Below are positions 25,914 to 37,962 of a stretch of DNA of 64,000 nucleotides, one piece after another. Position numbers and translations under genes: made by a program. Each line of letters starts with the position of its first letter. Positions within the stretch are counted from its first letter, which is position 1. The DNA is from Octopus bimaculoides (lineage: Eukaryota): NCBI RefSeq assembly GCF_001194135.2, contig NC_068985.1, forward strand, positions 39,058,588 to 39,122,587. The letters run 5' to 3'. The notes beneath the pieces are model-generated. The model saw only the letters and a program-made list of their open reading frames with translations. It was not told where the DNA came from and ran no database searches.

Positions 25914-28900
25914 ATATATATATATATATANNNNNNNNNNNNNNNNNNNNNNNNNNNNNNNNNNNNNNNNNNNNNNNNNNNNNNNNNNNNNNNNNNNNNN
26001 NNNNNNNNNNNNNNNNNNNNNNNNNNNNNNNNNNNNNNNNNNNNNNNNNNNNNNNNNNNNNNNNNNNNNNNNNNNNNNNNNNNNNNNNNNNNNNNNNNNN
26101 NNNNNNNNNNNNNNNNNNNNNNNNNNNNNNNNNNNNNNNNNNNNNNNNNNNNNNNNNNNNNNNNNNNNNNNNNNNNNNNNNNNNNNNNNNNNNNNNNNNN
26201 NNNNNNNNNNNNNNNNNNNNNNNNNNNNNNNNNNNNNNNNNNNNNNNNNNNNNNNNNNNNNNNNNNNNNNNNNNNNNNNNNNNNNNNNNNNNNNNNNNNN
26301 NNNNNNNNNNNNNNNNNNNNNNNNNNNNNNNNNNNNNNNNNNNNNNNNNNNNNNNNNNNNNNNNNNNNNNNNNNNNNNNNNNNNNNNNNNNNNNNNNNNN
26401 NNNNNNNNNNNNNNNNNNNNNNNNNNNNNNNNNNNNNNNNNNNNNNNNNNNNNNNNNNNNNNNNNNNNNNNNNNNNNNNNNNNNNNNNNNNNNNNNNNNN
26501 NNNNNNNNNNNNNNNNNNNNNNNNNNNNNNNNNNNNNNNNNNNNNNNNNNNNNNNNNNNNNNNNNNNNNNNNNNNNNNNNNNNNNNNNNNNNNNNNNNNN
26601 NNNNNNNNNNNNNNNNNNNNNNNNNNNNATGAAATATCTTTTTTTCTTTTCCCATAGGGGTCATTGTCTCTGTTGTCTTTACTCTCCCCAGTATACCGCC
26701 TTCTGTCCCGTCGCGTCGTGTCAACAGTGAGGTGAAGAGCTGAAAATTTGGATAAGGGAAATTAAGTCAAACCTTTAACAAATACTCTCGGGTGTGTAGT
26801 GTTTGTAATTCGCATTGCAACGGACTGAACGGTTGAGAATTCGTAATGGTTTGGTTTCACCTGTTTCAGACCGTATGACTAGAGATTCACCTGCCTGAGA
26901 TGGATCGGCCTATCCTGGGTGAACGCTAACACAAGTACAAGAAACTTCTATAAATGACATTGCAAAAAACATTGCTTCTCTTCACTTTCGGTTTTATGTA
27001 TGATATTTCTTTAGTCAAGTTTTATACAGCAAATTATCATGTTAATGAGGGTATAAGTAGGTATATCCATTGCGTCCCCGCCGCAAGTGGTAAGATATGC
27101 AATTAGTATACTGTCATCTACATTATGATGACGGTATATGAATTAGATATTGAGAAAATTCATTAATTGCGAGTTCATTCAATTTTAGGTTGTTACCATG
27201 GGATCATATATTCCATGTGGAATAACTTTTGTGCTGTGACAACAAAAAGAGGTCAGACGCACTGAATACATAGGTCGCTGAAAACATATGAAATTTCTAC
27301 TACACAAGAATAATTTAAAATAAAATTTTATCATTGTTAACATTTTATCGGTGACGAATGCGTTGCCCACGAAATCACAGAGATTGAAGAAGCTGAAGAA
27401 GAGAATGACGATGATAGCAAGAAACTAAAGAGTAAATGAAATAAAATTATAGATACAAGACACCAGAATTTCATTTTATCCATCATTATAGATTTTTGAT
27501 GCGCAGTGGCGTGAAATTACGACAAACAGGAATCGAAAATGATTCACGAACTCAACCTGACGGAAGTTCGGTTATACTCAGCAGCGCTCAGTGGAAAGAA
27601 ATGGATATTATTACTTTAAATTTCTGTTCAAAATCCCTATGTAGGTCGAATGTTTCTTTTCTACGAATGTTGTTAAAAATAAACTCCAGTAATATGATTG
27701 TGATTGATTCTATCAACAACTGTACATATTTTCTTCATTGCAGAATCTAATATTACAATCCAAAAAATCACATATTTTGACAAGATATACTTGATAGTTG
27801 AGGTCAGAAGGGAAACGAATTGTGTACATTATAGCATTCAAATTTGCCAACATTATTCTTCATATACAAATCTTTTTGAGGTCGACATTGCAGTGCAAGC
27901 TATTCAACTGAATATACTTGTTGTCATTACAAGAATGTTTTCCACAAAAGGATGAAGAAAATATTATTCTTATTATTGAGGCTGTTATTATTTACTTTCA
28001 CATTTCTACCATTCATTTTTCTCTCATAGATCGAAGTTACTGATGCAGTTATAGTTGTAGTCACCATTACCTTCTAGTCATCCCCCACACACACACACAC
28101 ACACATTCATTTTTACCTTATATTTATTTTTATATTTATCATTTCTTTCTTTTTCCCCTTCTTTGACATTTTATTCGATCACATCATATTAGCTTTCATT
28201 TTGAATACCTTAGATTTTTCCTTTTTCATTTCCAGTTTGATTTCCTGTTCTTCTATCGCATTTTTTTTCCTCTCAGCCATTCCTATCACTTTTATCTGTT
28301 GCCTGTCTATCTGTTTGTCTCTGTCTGTCGTGTTCTCTCTCTCCCTCTCCCTCTTTCTTTCTCTTTTTTTCTTCTTTCTCTTCCACATGTTCTTTTAAAG
28401 AAGACCGACATAAGCCATGTTTAATTCACATAATGTTAACTTACACACGTTCTGCATGTATGTTGCATTAAAGATAGCAAGAAGGAAAAATACAGACAGA
28501 GACAGCTAGCCCGAAAGAGAAAGAAAGAGCAGACGAGAGAAAGAGAGTAAGAGAACTATAATGAGAAACAGAGAGTGAAAGAGGATACAAGCTTAGTACG
28601 GGGAGGGGCAGACAAAGATTAGCTAAACAAGCAGAGGTCGGACAGACCCACAACAGGGATGCATCGATAAAGATGGAGTGCTGTCTAACGCTGTTAAAAC
28701 ATGCTGACACATGCGCAAGTCCACATTTAGATACATAAGCACAAACACGTGCAGAAACACACATACATATATGTATGTACACAAGTAGACAGCACATAAC
28801 GATAGTGAACGACAACGCTTTGTCAGATTCCGTTGTGAGTTGTCACTTGTTGGATAGATGAGATAATGGAGATTCACTCACTTCATAATCTCTAGTCGCA

Positions 28901-29650
28901 AACCAAGCAATCATGCTCTTCCACCACTAAGAATTACCGACAGATTATAAGAATGTGCTTGAGAAAGAGAGACGGAGAGAATGAGGGAGAGAGAGAGAGT
29001 TTTAGACCGAGAGAGGGAGAGAGCAAGAGAACGAAAGAGGGAGAGAAACTGTGTGAATAGATGCACACACACACACACACANNNNNNNNNNNNNNNNNNN
29101 NNNNNNNNNNNNNNNNNNNNNNNNNNNNNNNNNNNNNNNNNNNNNNNNNNNNNNNNNNNNNNNNNNNNNNNNNNNNNNNNNNNNNNNNNNNNNNNNNNNN
29201 NNNNNNNNNNNNNNNNNNNNNNNNNNNNNNNNNNNNNNNNNNNNNNNNNNNNNNNNNNNNNNNNNNNNNNNNNNNNNNNNNNNNNNNNNNNNNNNNNNNN
29301 NNNNNNNNNNNNNNNNNNNNNNNNNNNNNNNNNNNNNNNNNNNNNNNNNNNNNNNNNNNNNNNNNNNNNNNNNNNNNNNNNNNNNNNNNNNNNNNNNNNN
29401 NNNNNNNNNNNNNNNNNNNNNNNNNNNNNNNNNNNNNNNNNNNNNNNNNNNNNNNNNNNNNNNNNNNNNNNNNNNNNNNNNNNNNNNNNNNNNNNNNNNN
29501 NNNNNNNNNNNNNNNNNNNNNNNNNNNNNNNNNNNNNNNNNNNNNNNNNNNNNNNNNNNNNNNNNNNNNNNNNNNNNNNNNNNNNNNNNNNNNNNNNNNN
29601 NNNNNNNNNNNNNNNNNNNNNNNNNNNNNNNNNNNNNNNNNNNNNNNNNN

Positions 29651-29714
<64 letters not shown>

Positions 29715-29879
29715 GCAGTTCGCTTGTAGAATAGTAATATTGAAGAAGGTAAAAAGAGGGAAAAATAGAAATCTTCTGACAGTGCAAAATGTTAGTAAAA
29801 CCTTTATATTTCAGGCACAAAGCCCCACCTTCAGAAAAAAAGAAGTCTGTGAAAAGTCCAAGTTTCTCTCTTTTTACCT

Positions 29880-29957
29880 TCTATATATATCTGATATCCA
29901 TAAAATTGATGTTTTGTATGTGAGTTTGTGTGTGTGTAAGTGTGTGTATGTGTGTGT

Positions 29958-29992
<35 letters not shown>

Positions 29993-31384
29993 GCGCGTGT
30001 GTACAAAAATTTAATGTACCTCAATAACTTTCATCTGATTGCTTTAAATTCTTATGCACAGCTGCTTCATATCACAGACCCCGAACATAGGCTACTTAGA
30101 TTTTAAAAATATCGCTATTGGGGACTCTAGAGCGATAGAAAACCAACAATAGATGATTCCTATTCACTTGTATTAATCCGCTGTTTTATAATCTGTAGTG
30201 TGTTCCATACTTTTTTAATCTTTTTATAAATGTGAAAGAATTTGGTCTGTTTATTTATTTCCACTGTCCACCAGCGACGGTGATTAAACTGACTAGAAAC
30301 AGTGAATGCATACATTGCCATAATTTTCAATTGATTTCCACCAAACTTTACACACACATTACTCATTTCCCAAGGATGGGCATGCATTAAACATCTTGCC
30401 CAGAGCTCCTGCGTAAATGGACCCAAATGGACACTGTTTTGTTTTTGTATGTCGGGTCTTCCATACTTTTTTAATCTTTATATAAAAGTGAAAGGATTTT
30501 GTTTATTTATTTCGACTGTCCACCTGCCATGTTGATTAAATTGACTTGGAACACTGTACGCGATGAATATCCAATACCAAACAATATTAATCTCCATATT
30601 TCAGCTGCATTAAACTTTGGCAAGCTTACCTTTACCTATACTGAGTTACTTGAAGGGTGATGTTTCCTTTCCACTCTTCTATTTGTCGATACCTTTATTT
30701 ACCTACCAATGCGTTGTTTCACTTTAAGGATGCTTATTCACCCATCCATTGTGATATTTTGACAGTTGTCCGTTGTTTCAAATACGTTTTAGCATTGTCA
30801 TTTTAGCTTTTTTTAAATATTCCCGTATGATTCGTCCCAAAGAATCAACCTTTAAATAAGAGTTTTACTTCCACTAGTAAAAGCTATACGTATCTTTCAG
30901 AAAACTTCATACCAATTTTGCTTATAGTTTATGCGCAGGCTATGTGGGAAGACAGAATAAAGGAGCTCTTGTTAGCTTATCTCTCCGAAAAAAATAACTC
31001 CTTTTGCTGATGAAATAATTAAACTCGCAGAGGGTAAGTTTCAACGTCTTCCTTCAATTTCATTACACCATTTATGTGGCTGTTTCTGACAAGAAATTTC
31101 GCTTTCAAGTAAAGCAACTATCTTTTGTAGTCATTATTCGTAATCTACTCCCAAAACACTTCAGTAGTTCTACTTCGCATCGCTTGCAAACTTATATGTT
31201 TTATGATTACTAAAGTGCAACGACCTTCACAATAACCAGCCTTCAATTTGGTTTTCCATTCCTAGGTTAATCGGAAGCATAGATTGCCGTGCTACTCATA
31301 AACCATTTCGGTAGTTCAATTATTTAGTGAAAAACATACTACCAAAGCAAGTTAAACCGTCCAAATGACGGGTGCATTTGCTAG
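29880..31384 (+). mobile_element. Non-autonomous Helitron (Lep1-like architecture)
   Basis: 5' TC-TATATATAT start followed by (TG)n. The 3' end is canonical: hairpin CCGTC-CAAAT-GACGG (31357-31371), then 9 nt, then CTAG|T (31381-31385). The minus strand has an AAGTAGCCTATGT motif recalled from Lep1-type Helitrons. The 5' boundary is uncertain by about 20 nt. Confidence 0.65.
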
Positions 31385-31689
31385 TATATATATNNNNNNN
31401 NNNNNNNNNNNNNNNNNNNNNNNNNNNNNNNNNNNNNNNNNTGTTTTTAAGGGGCTAGCTTTCTGAGTTGCATTTTCTCGCGTTCGGTAAAAATGTGTTT
31501 ATTATGGTACTTTGGTCTTAGAGTCCCTCTTGCCGTGAGGTATTCTTATATGGTAATGCCCTTACATAAATAAATACATTTGGGGAATGAATGATGGATT
31601 TTTTCCCCTATGAGGCTTTTTTCACGCTAGCTACTTGAATTTATTATTATTGAATTTATTATTATTATTGAATTTATATATATATAAAA

Positions 31690-32400
31690 TGTTCACCTTA
31701 CCACTACAGGATGCAGTGCTCGGTCACACCGTCATTCTGCTCACAGTGCCGATCACCTCTTCTCAGCCATCTAAATCACCTCTTCTTAGCCATTATGTTG
31801 TTGCTATTCTTCAGCACATTTTTGCAATGCCACAAACATATGCTTACTCAGGATACAATTTGTGAAACCATTCGGAGATAAAGGTTGTTGTCAACTTCTA
31901 ATGGCGAACACTTCGTTCTCCACACTATTTTGCGACTGTCCACCAACCCTTGCTATTTATTTGCTGCTGTTTCTTGTTGCGCAGTTAATTCTAATATGAC
32001 TAGCTGCTCTCTGTTGCTTTGAAAACCAAGATAATATCTGATCTTAACAAAGTCTGGATGATATGCGCTGTAAACATTAGCTGCTTCTCCAAGTCAGCTA
32101 CCATCATCCAGTATGTGCTGCGGGAATTAATGAATTGGAGCTGTTACTGAGTCTTTTGGCTGACTCTCCCTGTCCTTCATAAAGGATATTTTTTTTCTGG
32201 CTATACTACTTGCATTTTTGCTGTCGTTAGTCTCCTTTTCGATTGCCTTAGCTTTAATATGTAGGGCCTGATCGTGTCTCCAGCGATACCGTTCTTCTCA
32301 CAGCACCTTCGGGCAGATGCTTAAAATGAATTCAAGCATGCTGGTCTCATAACAAAGGGGTCAAGCGGGAATTTTCCCTAAACTCTGTGTGAAAAGATGA
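31690..32400 (-). pseudogene. Degenerate 3' end of an RLE non-LTR retrotransposon, HERO-clade-like (zinc knuckle plus restriction-like endonuclease)
   Basis: Minus-strand translation across stops and frameshifts gives PA*PLC..SMLEFILSICP (decayed CCHC), ERYRWRHDQAL (32262-32294), YWMMVADLEKQLMF..HIIQTLLRSDIIL, LELT and RWLRRG. These match recalled HERO-type motifs LEHILSCCP, GRYRWRHDQVL, W..VDL..QL.FP.HI..T.LRPDIVL and RWLW..R. Confidence 0.8.
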
Positions 32401-32424
32401 GACTGTCATGGGAAGATATATGAA

Positions 32425-32610
32425 GAGAGGGAGAGAGAAAGTATGAGAGAAAGAGAGAGAGAGAGAGAGACAGACAGAGAGAGAGAGAGACAGAGAGACA
32501 GAGAGACAGAGACACAGAGAGAGACAGACAGAGAGACAGACAGAGAGACAGACAGAGAGACAGACAGAGAGACAGAGAGGGAGGGAGAAAGAAAGAGAGA
32601 GAGATATATA
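32425..32610. repeat. (GA)n/(GACA)-type compound microsatellite
   Basis: Directly visible. Confidence 0.95.
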
Positions 32611-33094
32611 TTAGCAGAAATGTTAGTAAAATGTTAGTATTTAAAAAGATCAGTAAAATATGGAAAACCTATATTATATATAATTTCTTTTTAAATGTGT
32701 AAAGTATTTTAGTAGAAATCGCGGTTTTCTTTTACAATACGATTACTTTTTTAAAACTAATGAAATTCTAGGGTCTTCATAACAGAGAATCTATCTCTAC
32801 AATTTCACTCGCGACGCTTTCGTAGATAACGCTTGCTTAGAGTAGAGGAAGACGTTATTGGTATCCGAACTTGTTAAGGTTACTAACTATTTTTTGCCGA
32901 CATACTTGGTATTTGACGTAAATAACTGACAAAACGCACTACGTTGACACGACTGTAAAATCTTTAATATACTTGCAATATAGGTACTAAATAACCTACA
33001 TATATTGCTGACAAAATGACACCAGTAAATATATTAACACATATTAGTAGGGTATTTGATTAATGACTTTATGGAGTACAACAACAACAATAAT

Positions 33095-33755
33095 AATAGT
33101 CCTTCCTATTACAGGCACAATGCCTGAAATTTGGGAAGAAGGGGTCAAGTCGATTACATAGACACTAGTGTTTCACTGATACTTAATATATCGGCCCCGG
33201 AAGGGCTAAAGACGATGTCGACTTCGACGGAATTTGAAGTCAGAATGTAAAGATGAGCGAATTACCGCTAAGCATTTTTGGTCGACATTCTAACGATTCA
33301 ACTAGTTCACCATCTTAACAAGAATAATATTAATGGTTTCGAATTTTTAGCACAAGACCACCAATTTCGGGGGAGGGGAGAAGTCGATTACATCGACCTC
33401 AGTGCGTAACTGCTGCTTAGTTTATCGACCCCCAAAAGGTTGGCAAAGTCATCCCTGGCAGCAAAGAACGTGATAACAGACGAAGTACCGCTAAACATTT
33501 CGGCCGCCAGCTTACGATTCTGCCAGCTCACCGCCTTAACAGCAACAATAATAATTCTTTCTACTACAGACACATGGCTTGACACTTTTGGAGAGGGGAT
33601 CAATCGATTATATCGACTGGTACTTAATTTATCGACCCCGAAAGGATGACTGGTAAAGTCGACCTGGGTGGAATTCAAACTCAGAACAAGCGACGGGCGA
33701 AATACCACTAAGCATTTCGGCCGGTATGCTAACGATTCTACCAGCTCGGCGCCTT
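33095..33755 (-). mobile_element. Three head-to-tail SINE family A copies (about 33095-33315, 33335-33538, 33560-33755)
   Basis: Each has the reverse-complemented head (…GATTCT.CCAGCTC.CCGCCTTA), CCGCTAA.CATTT and the core, separated by AAC/AAT-rich spacers. Confidence 0.85.
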
Positions 33756-34459
33756 AGCAACAACAACAACAATAATAATGAGAACATTGTTCGCATCTGA
33801 TTCATCTTCAACGTCGTCATCTTCATTGTTAATATATTTGCTTTTCATGATGTAATGATGAAGATTATGAATATATATATATATATAACGCTTGCTTAGA
33901 GTAAAATACACTTGCTGGCTTCCGGTATGCGGAATTCTTGACTGGTAGCACTTGCATGTGCAAGTTGTTTGCAAGACACATATACTTAATGATATCGAAG
34001 GGAAATGGAAATTAATAAAAATTTTCACTTCCAAAGACTATGAATTACTCATAAGGTACAGTGTATATTTAAATACATAAGAGGAATCCACTCATGGGTT
34101 TCCTTACGCTAGAAAGAACAGCTAGGTTCTAGACCCACAAAATTGGGGCTAAAGTCCCGAAAGGAATGAAATGGGAAAATAAACACTTTTACAATCTAGN
34201 NNNNNNNNNNNNNNNNNNNNNNNNNNNNNNNNNNNNNNNNNNNNNNNNNNNNNNNNNNNNNNNNNNNNNNNNNNNNNNNNNNNNNNNNNNNNNNNNNNNN
34301 NNNNNNNNNNNNNNNNNNNNNNNNNNNNNNNNNNNNNNNNNNNNNNNNNNNNNNNNNNNNNNNNNNNNNNNNNNNNNNNNNNNNNNNNNNNNNNNNNNNN
34401 NNNNNNNNNNNNNNNNNNNNNNNNNNNNNNNNNNNNNNNNNNNNNNNNNNNNATATATA

Positions 34460-34780
34460 AGGAGCATTCCGTCGTTTACGACGATGAGGGTCCCAACGGA
34501 CACGATGAGCTGAACATCCTGCTCGTGAAATTAACATGCAAGTGGTTGAGTATTCCACAGACACATGTACCGTTAGTTCTGAGGGAGATTCAGCGTGACA
34601 CACAGTGTGACAAGGCTGGCCCTTTGAAATACAAGTGCTACTCATTTTTGCTAGCTGAGTGGACAGGAGCAACAGGAAAATTAAATATGTCTTGCGCAAG
34701 GACACAACGCGTCGCCGGAAATTGAACCCACGATCTTACGATCGTGAGACGATTATCCCAATCACTGAGCCACGCGTCTT
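34460..34780 (-). mobile_element. SINE family C, full length
   Basis: Reverse complement of 14120-14410. The 3' end GAGCATTCCGTCG.TTACGACGA abuts (TA)n and a gap. Confidence 0.85.
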
Positions 34781-35327
34781 CACACACACATACATATATC
34801 TATCTCTCTCTCTCTATATATATATGTATATATACACCGACACACACATTTGTATGTACGTATCTATGTATGTATGAATGCATGTATGGATGTCATTTGT
34901 TCTTTTTATTTGTTATCTCCGTCAGCACTAGTAGTAGCCTTGTAAGTAACAATTATATTATCCATTTATCCATTTGACAACATTGTCATCGTAATAACCA
35001 TACAAGATATAACGTTCGTCTCCCGTCTTCTTTTTTCCACCCGTTTTACTCCAGTCACGAATCGCCCCTGCTTTTCTCTGACTCCCCTCAGTGTGCTTCA
35101 ACACACGTACATTCCAGATAAGTTCTCAAGTAGCAAAAAAAAAAAAAAAAGTAAAAGAAAAGCCAAAACGAAATGACAGAAGAGAAGAAAATGGAAAAAA
35201 ATAAATATGATGAAAAAAGATAGCAATAATCTAAAACAGTTGTCATTTTGCAAACCCCTTCAACATCACCACCACTAACAACCCCCCACCACCACTACCA
35301 CGATCACCACCACATTATCATCATCAC

Positions 35328-35366
<39 letters not shown>

Positions 35367-35689
35367 ATTCATCATCACCGCCGTCATTGTCATTTCTTAT
35401 AATATCTTTATTATTCTTATTGTCGCTGTTGCTCTTGAATTCTTTTGTAGGTTTTCTTCTTTTTATCTTCTTTATTTTTATTATCAATTCTGTTGTCGAG
35501 TTTTTTTCTTTTTTTGTGTAGTTTTGTTTCTTTTAGCATTGGATGTCTCCATAACGTCAAGTAGACCGATCAATTATCTACTGCCGTCTTACAGACACCA
35601 TGATGAGATTTGAACTCAGATTTTCGTCTGTTAGGGTTAAGTGGATGCTGTTAGTACTGAGACGTCGGCTTTGAAATATATTTCACCAG

Positions 35690-36122
35690 GAGGCGGCGAG
35701 CTGGCAGAAACGTTAGCATGCCGGACGAAATGCTTAGCGGTATTTCGTCTGCCGTTACGTTCTGAGTTCAAATTCCACTGAGGTCGACTTTGCCTTTCAT
35801 CCTTTCGAGGTCGATAAATTAAGTACTAGTTACGCACTGGGGTTGACGTGATCGACTTAATCCCTTTGTGTGTCCTTGTTTTTCCCCTCTATGTTTAGCC
35901 CCTTGTGGGCAATAAAGAAATAAGAAACGTTAGCACGCAGGGCGAAATGCTTAGCGTTATTTCGTCTGCCTATAGGTTCTGAGTTCAAATTCCGTCGAGG
36001 TTGACTTTGCCTTTCATCCTTTCAGGGTCGATAAATTAAGAACCAGTTGCGTACTGGGGTTGATCTAATCGGTTGTCCCCCTCCCCCAACATTTCGGGCC
36101 TTGTGCCTGGAGAAGAAAAGAA
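35690..36122 (+). mobile_element. Dimeric SINE family A (head-core-tail1 fused to headless core-tail2)
   Basis: Tail 1 ...GGGCAATAAAGAAATAAG runs directly into AAACGTTAGCACGC.GGGCGAAATGCTTAGCG at about 35923; the second unit ends with the type-2 tail. Confidence 0.85.
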
Positions 36123-36698
36123 TATATTTCCCCAGGAAAATGCAAAAGGAAAAAACATTTTGCTACAAAGGAATAAAAAAGCCCTACCTCTATGATGAAG
36201 CAACTTCAGGGTAGTGTGGGGATTGCATGAGTGTTGAATATTGAAATATCTAGCGAGATATGGTGTTAGTAGCGGTGGTGGTGGAAGTTGTGATGGTCGT
36301 TCTGTGGTGGTTATGGTAGCAGTAGGAAATCCTTCAAGAAAACTTGCAGGGTTTTATATATCTATTATGTCATCTACTTTTGTCTTATCTCAGAACTGTA
36401 AGCCGAATGGTATGTATGGAAGGGGAATGGAGTTTACTTAACACGTCCGCAGTTATATCACCTCTCCCCCCGACGCACACACACACGAACATGAATACAT
36501 ATACGTCTGTTATGCACACTCACACACCCGTATATGCATACGAGTACACACATGCGTCATACATTGTGTACATACATTCAACGTTGGCATATAAAAGACC
36601 TAGTAAAATATACATGCATGCATGCTTATGTGCGAGCATGGGCATTATTACATATGTGTATCTACAAGTTTTCATGTGTCTATGCATACGCAGACACA

Positions 36699-36756
<58 letters not shown>

Positions 36757-36809
36757 CACACACAAACACAAACATACACATACACACACAATAACACACA
36801 TTTTTGTCT

Positions 36810-37068
36810 TCTTTTGCTTGTTTCAGTCACTAGATTGCGGCCATGCATGGGCAACGACTTCAATTTTAATCGAACGACCCGACCCCGCTACTTAGTATTT
36901 TTGTTTGAGCGTGGTACTTATTCTCTCGGTTGTCTATGCCGAACCGCTAAGTTATGAGAATGTAAATGCGCAAAACTAACTTACGGGAGCGTAAATGACA
37001 CGCTTTCGAACTGAACCTAGAACTATGAGGTTGGAAACCAAGTGCGTTACCACACGCCCAGCTTGCGC
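36810..37068 (-). mobile_element. SINE family B copy with internal deletion
   Basis: TTGTTTCAGTCA...TGCGGCCATGC, GTACTTATTCT.TCGGT and GCCGAACCGCTAAGTTA (reverse tail), plus head CTGAACC...CCATG/TGAGGTTGG.AA.CAAG..C.TTACCACAC. Confidence 0.8.
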
Positions 37069-37734
37069 GTATATATATGTATGTACATGGTATGTGTGCG
37101 TGTGTGTTTGTGTTTGCGTATGTGTGAGTATGTATGTAGGCGTGTGTACATACATATATACACACTTGTTATTACAAGCTAAGTACCTCGGCTGTTTTAT
37201 ATATTTTCATAGTTTCATTAAAAGCTTGTTAGTATAATATCCTAAATATCCATGTTCTTTCTGGGATAAGAAATTCTGTAGGTAGATACATATCCAAGAG
37301 AACAAAGAATCAAATTTTTAAATCTAAAGTTTTAGTCTAGATATTTCATTTGTAGAATTCTCTGTGATTCTTAACAGACTCTTTTTTCACTCGTGTATCA
37401 TATCATGATGACATCTACTGGACAACCTATTTCCACAACTCTGCACACATTGTTCTCCTCAGATAATTATATTTGATCTTTTATATTTACATTTTGATAA
37501 CTTCATGAGTAGGACAGGTTTACTCGTATAGTTTCACGTTATGAATACATATGACTTGATCAACGGCAACTTGTATCTTTATATATCTTCAAGACTATTG
37601 TTTCTACAGAGTGCGATGTCTAACTTTGACCACATCCTGCTTCATACGTCAATAATATCGGGACTATCTTTTCAGACAAAGGATATTAATCGGGGTGGAA
37701 ATAGAGGTAAAATTTAAGGTAACCTTCTCGGATC

Positions 37735-37962
37735 ATACCGCCTCATAAGGGCCGATTTCCCGGTTTCATGGCCTGTATATTCCCAGCCTTGACGGGACGC
37801 CGATCCTTCGCAGGGTTATTCATTTTTGCCTGCTGAGTGGACTGGAGCAACGTGAAATGAAGTGTTTTGCTCAAGAAGATAATGCGTCACCTGGTCCAGG
37901 AATCGAAAGCACAATCTTACGATCATGAGTCCAACACCCTAATCACTAAGCCACGCGCTTCC
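37735..37962 (-). mobile_element. SINE family C variant
   Basis: CTCATTTTTGCC.GCTGAGTGGACTGGAGCAACGTGAAATGAAGTGTTTTGCTCAAGAA...CCAGGAATCGAA.C.ACAATCTTACGATCATGAGTCCAACACCCTAA.CACTAAGCCACGCGC. Confidence 0.85.

Noticed and set aside
27030-27640. Several exon-like pieces, including an acidic-basic tail HEITEIEEAEEENDDDSKKLKSK*
   Set aside because: Phases are mutually incompatible, the acidic piece lacks a good acceptor, and the GAA/GAT-rich low complexity can mimic coding sequence.
30600-31300. Weak minus-strand resemblance to Helitron Pif1 helicase (ELLYSVFPH..RINYK.NW)
   Set aside because: Many stops, the orientation is opposite to that expected from the CTAG end, and the match is too weak without an HMM search.
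33095-33755. Regularly spaced repeats resembling a CRISPR array
   Set aside because: The units are about 200-bp SINE copies in a eukaryotic context, with no short identical repeats, unique spacers or cas genes.
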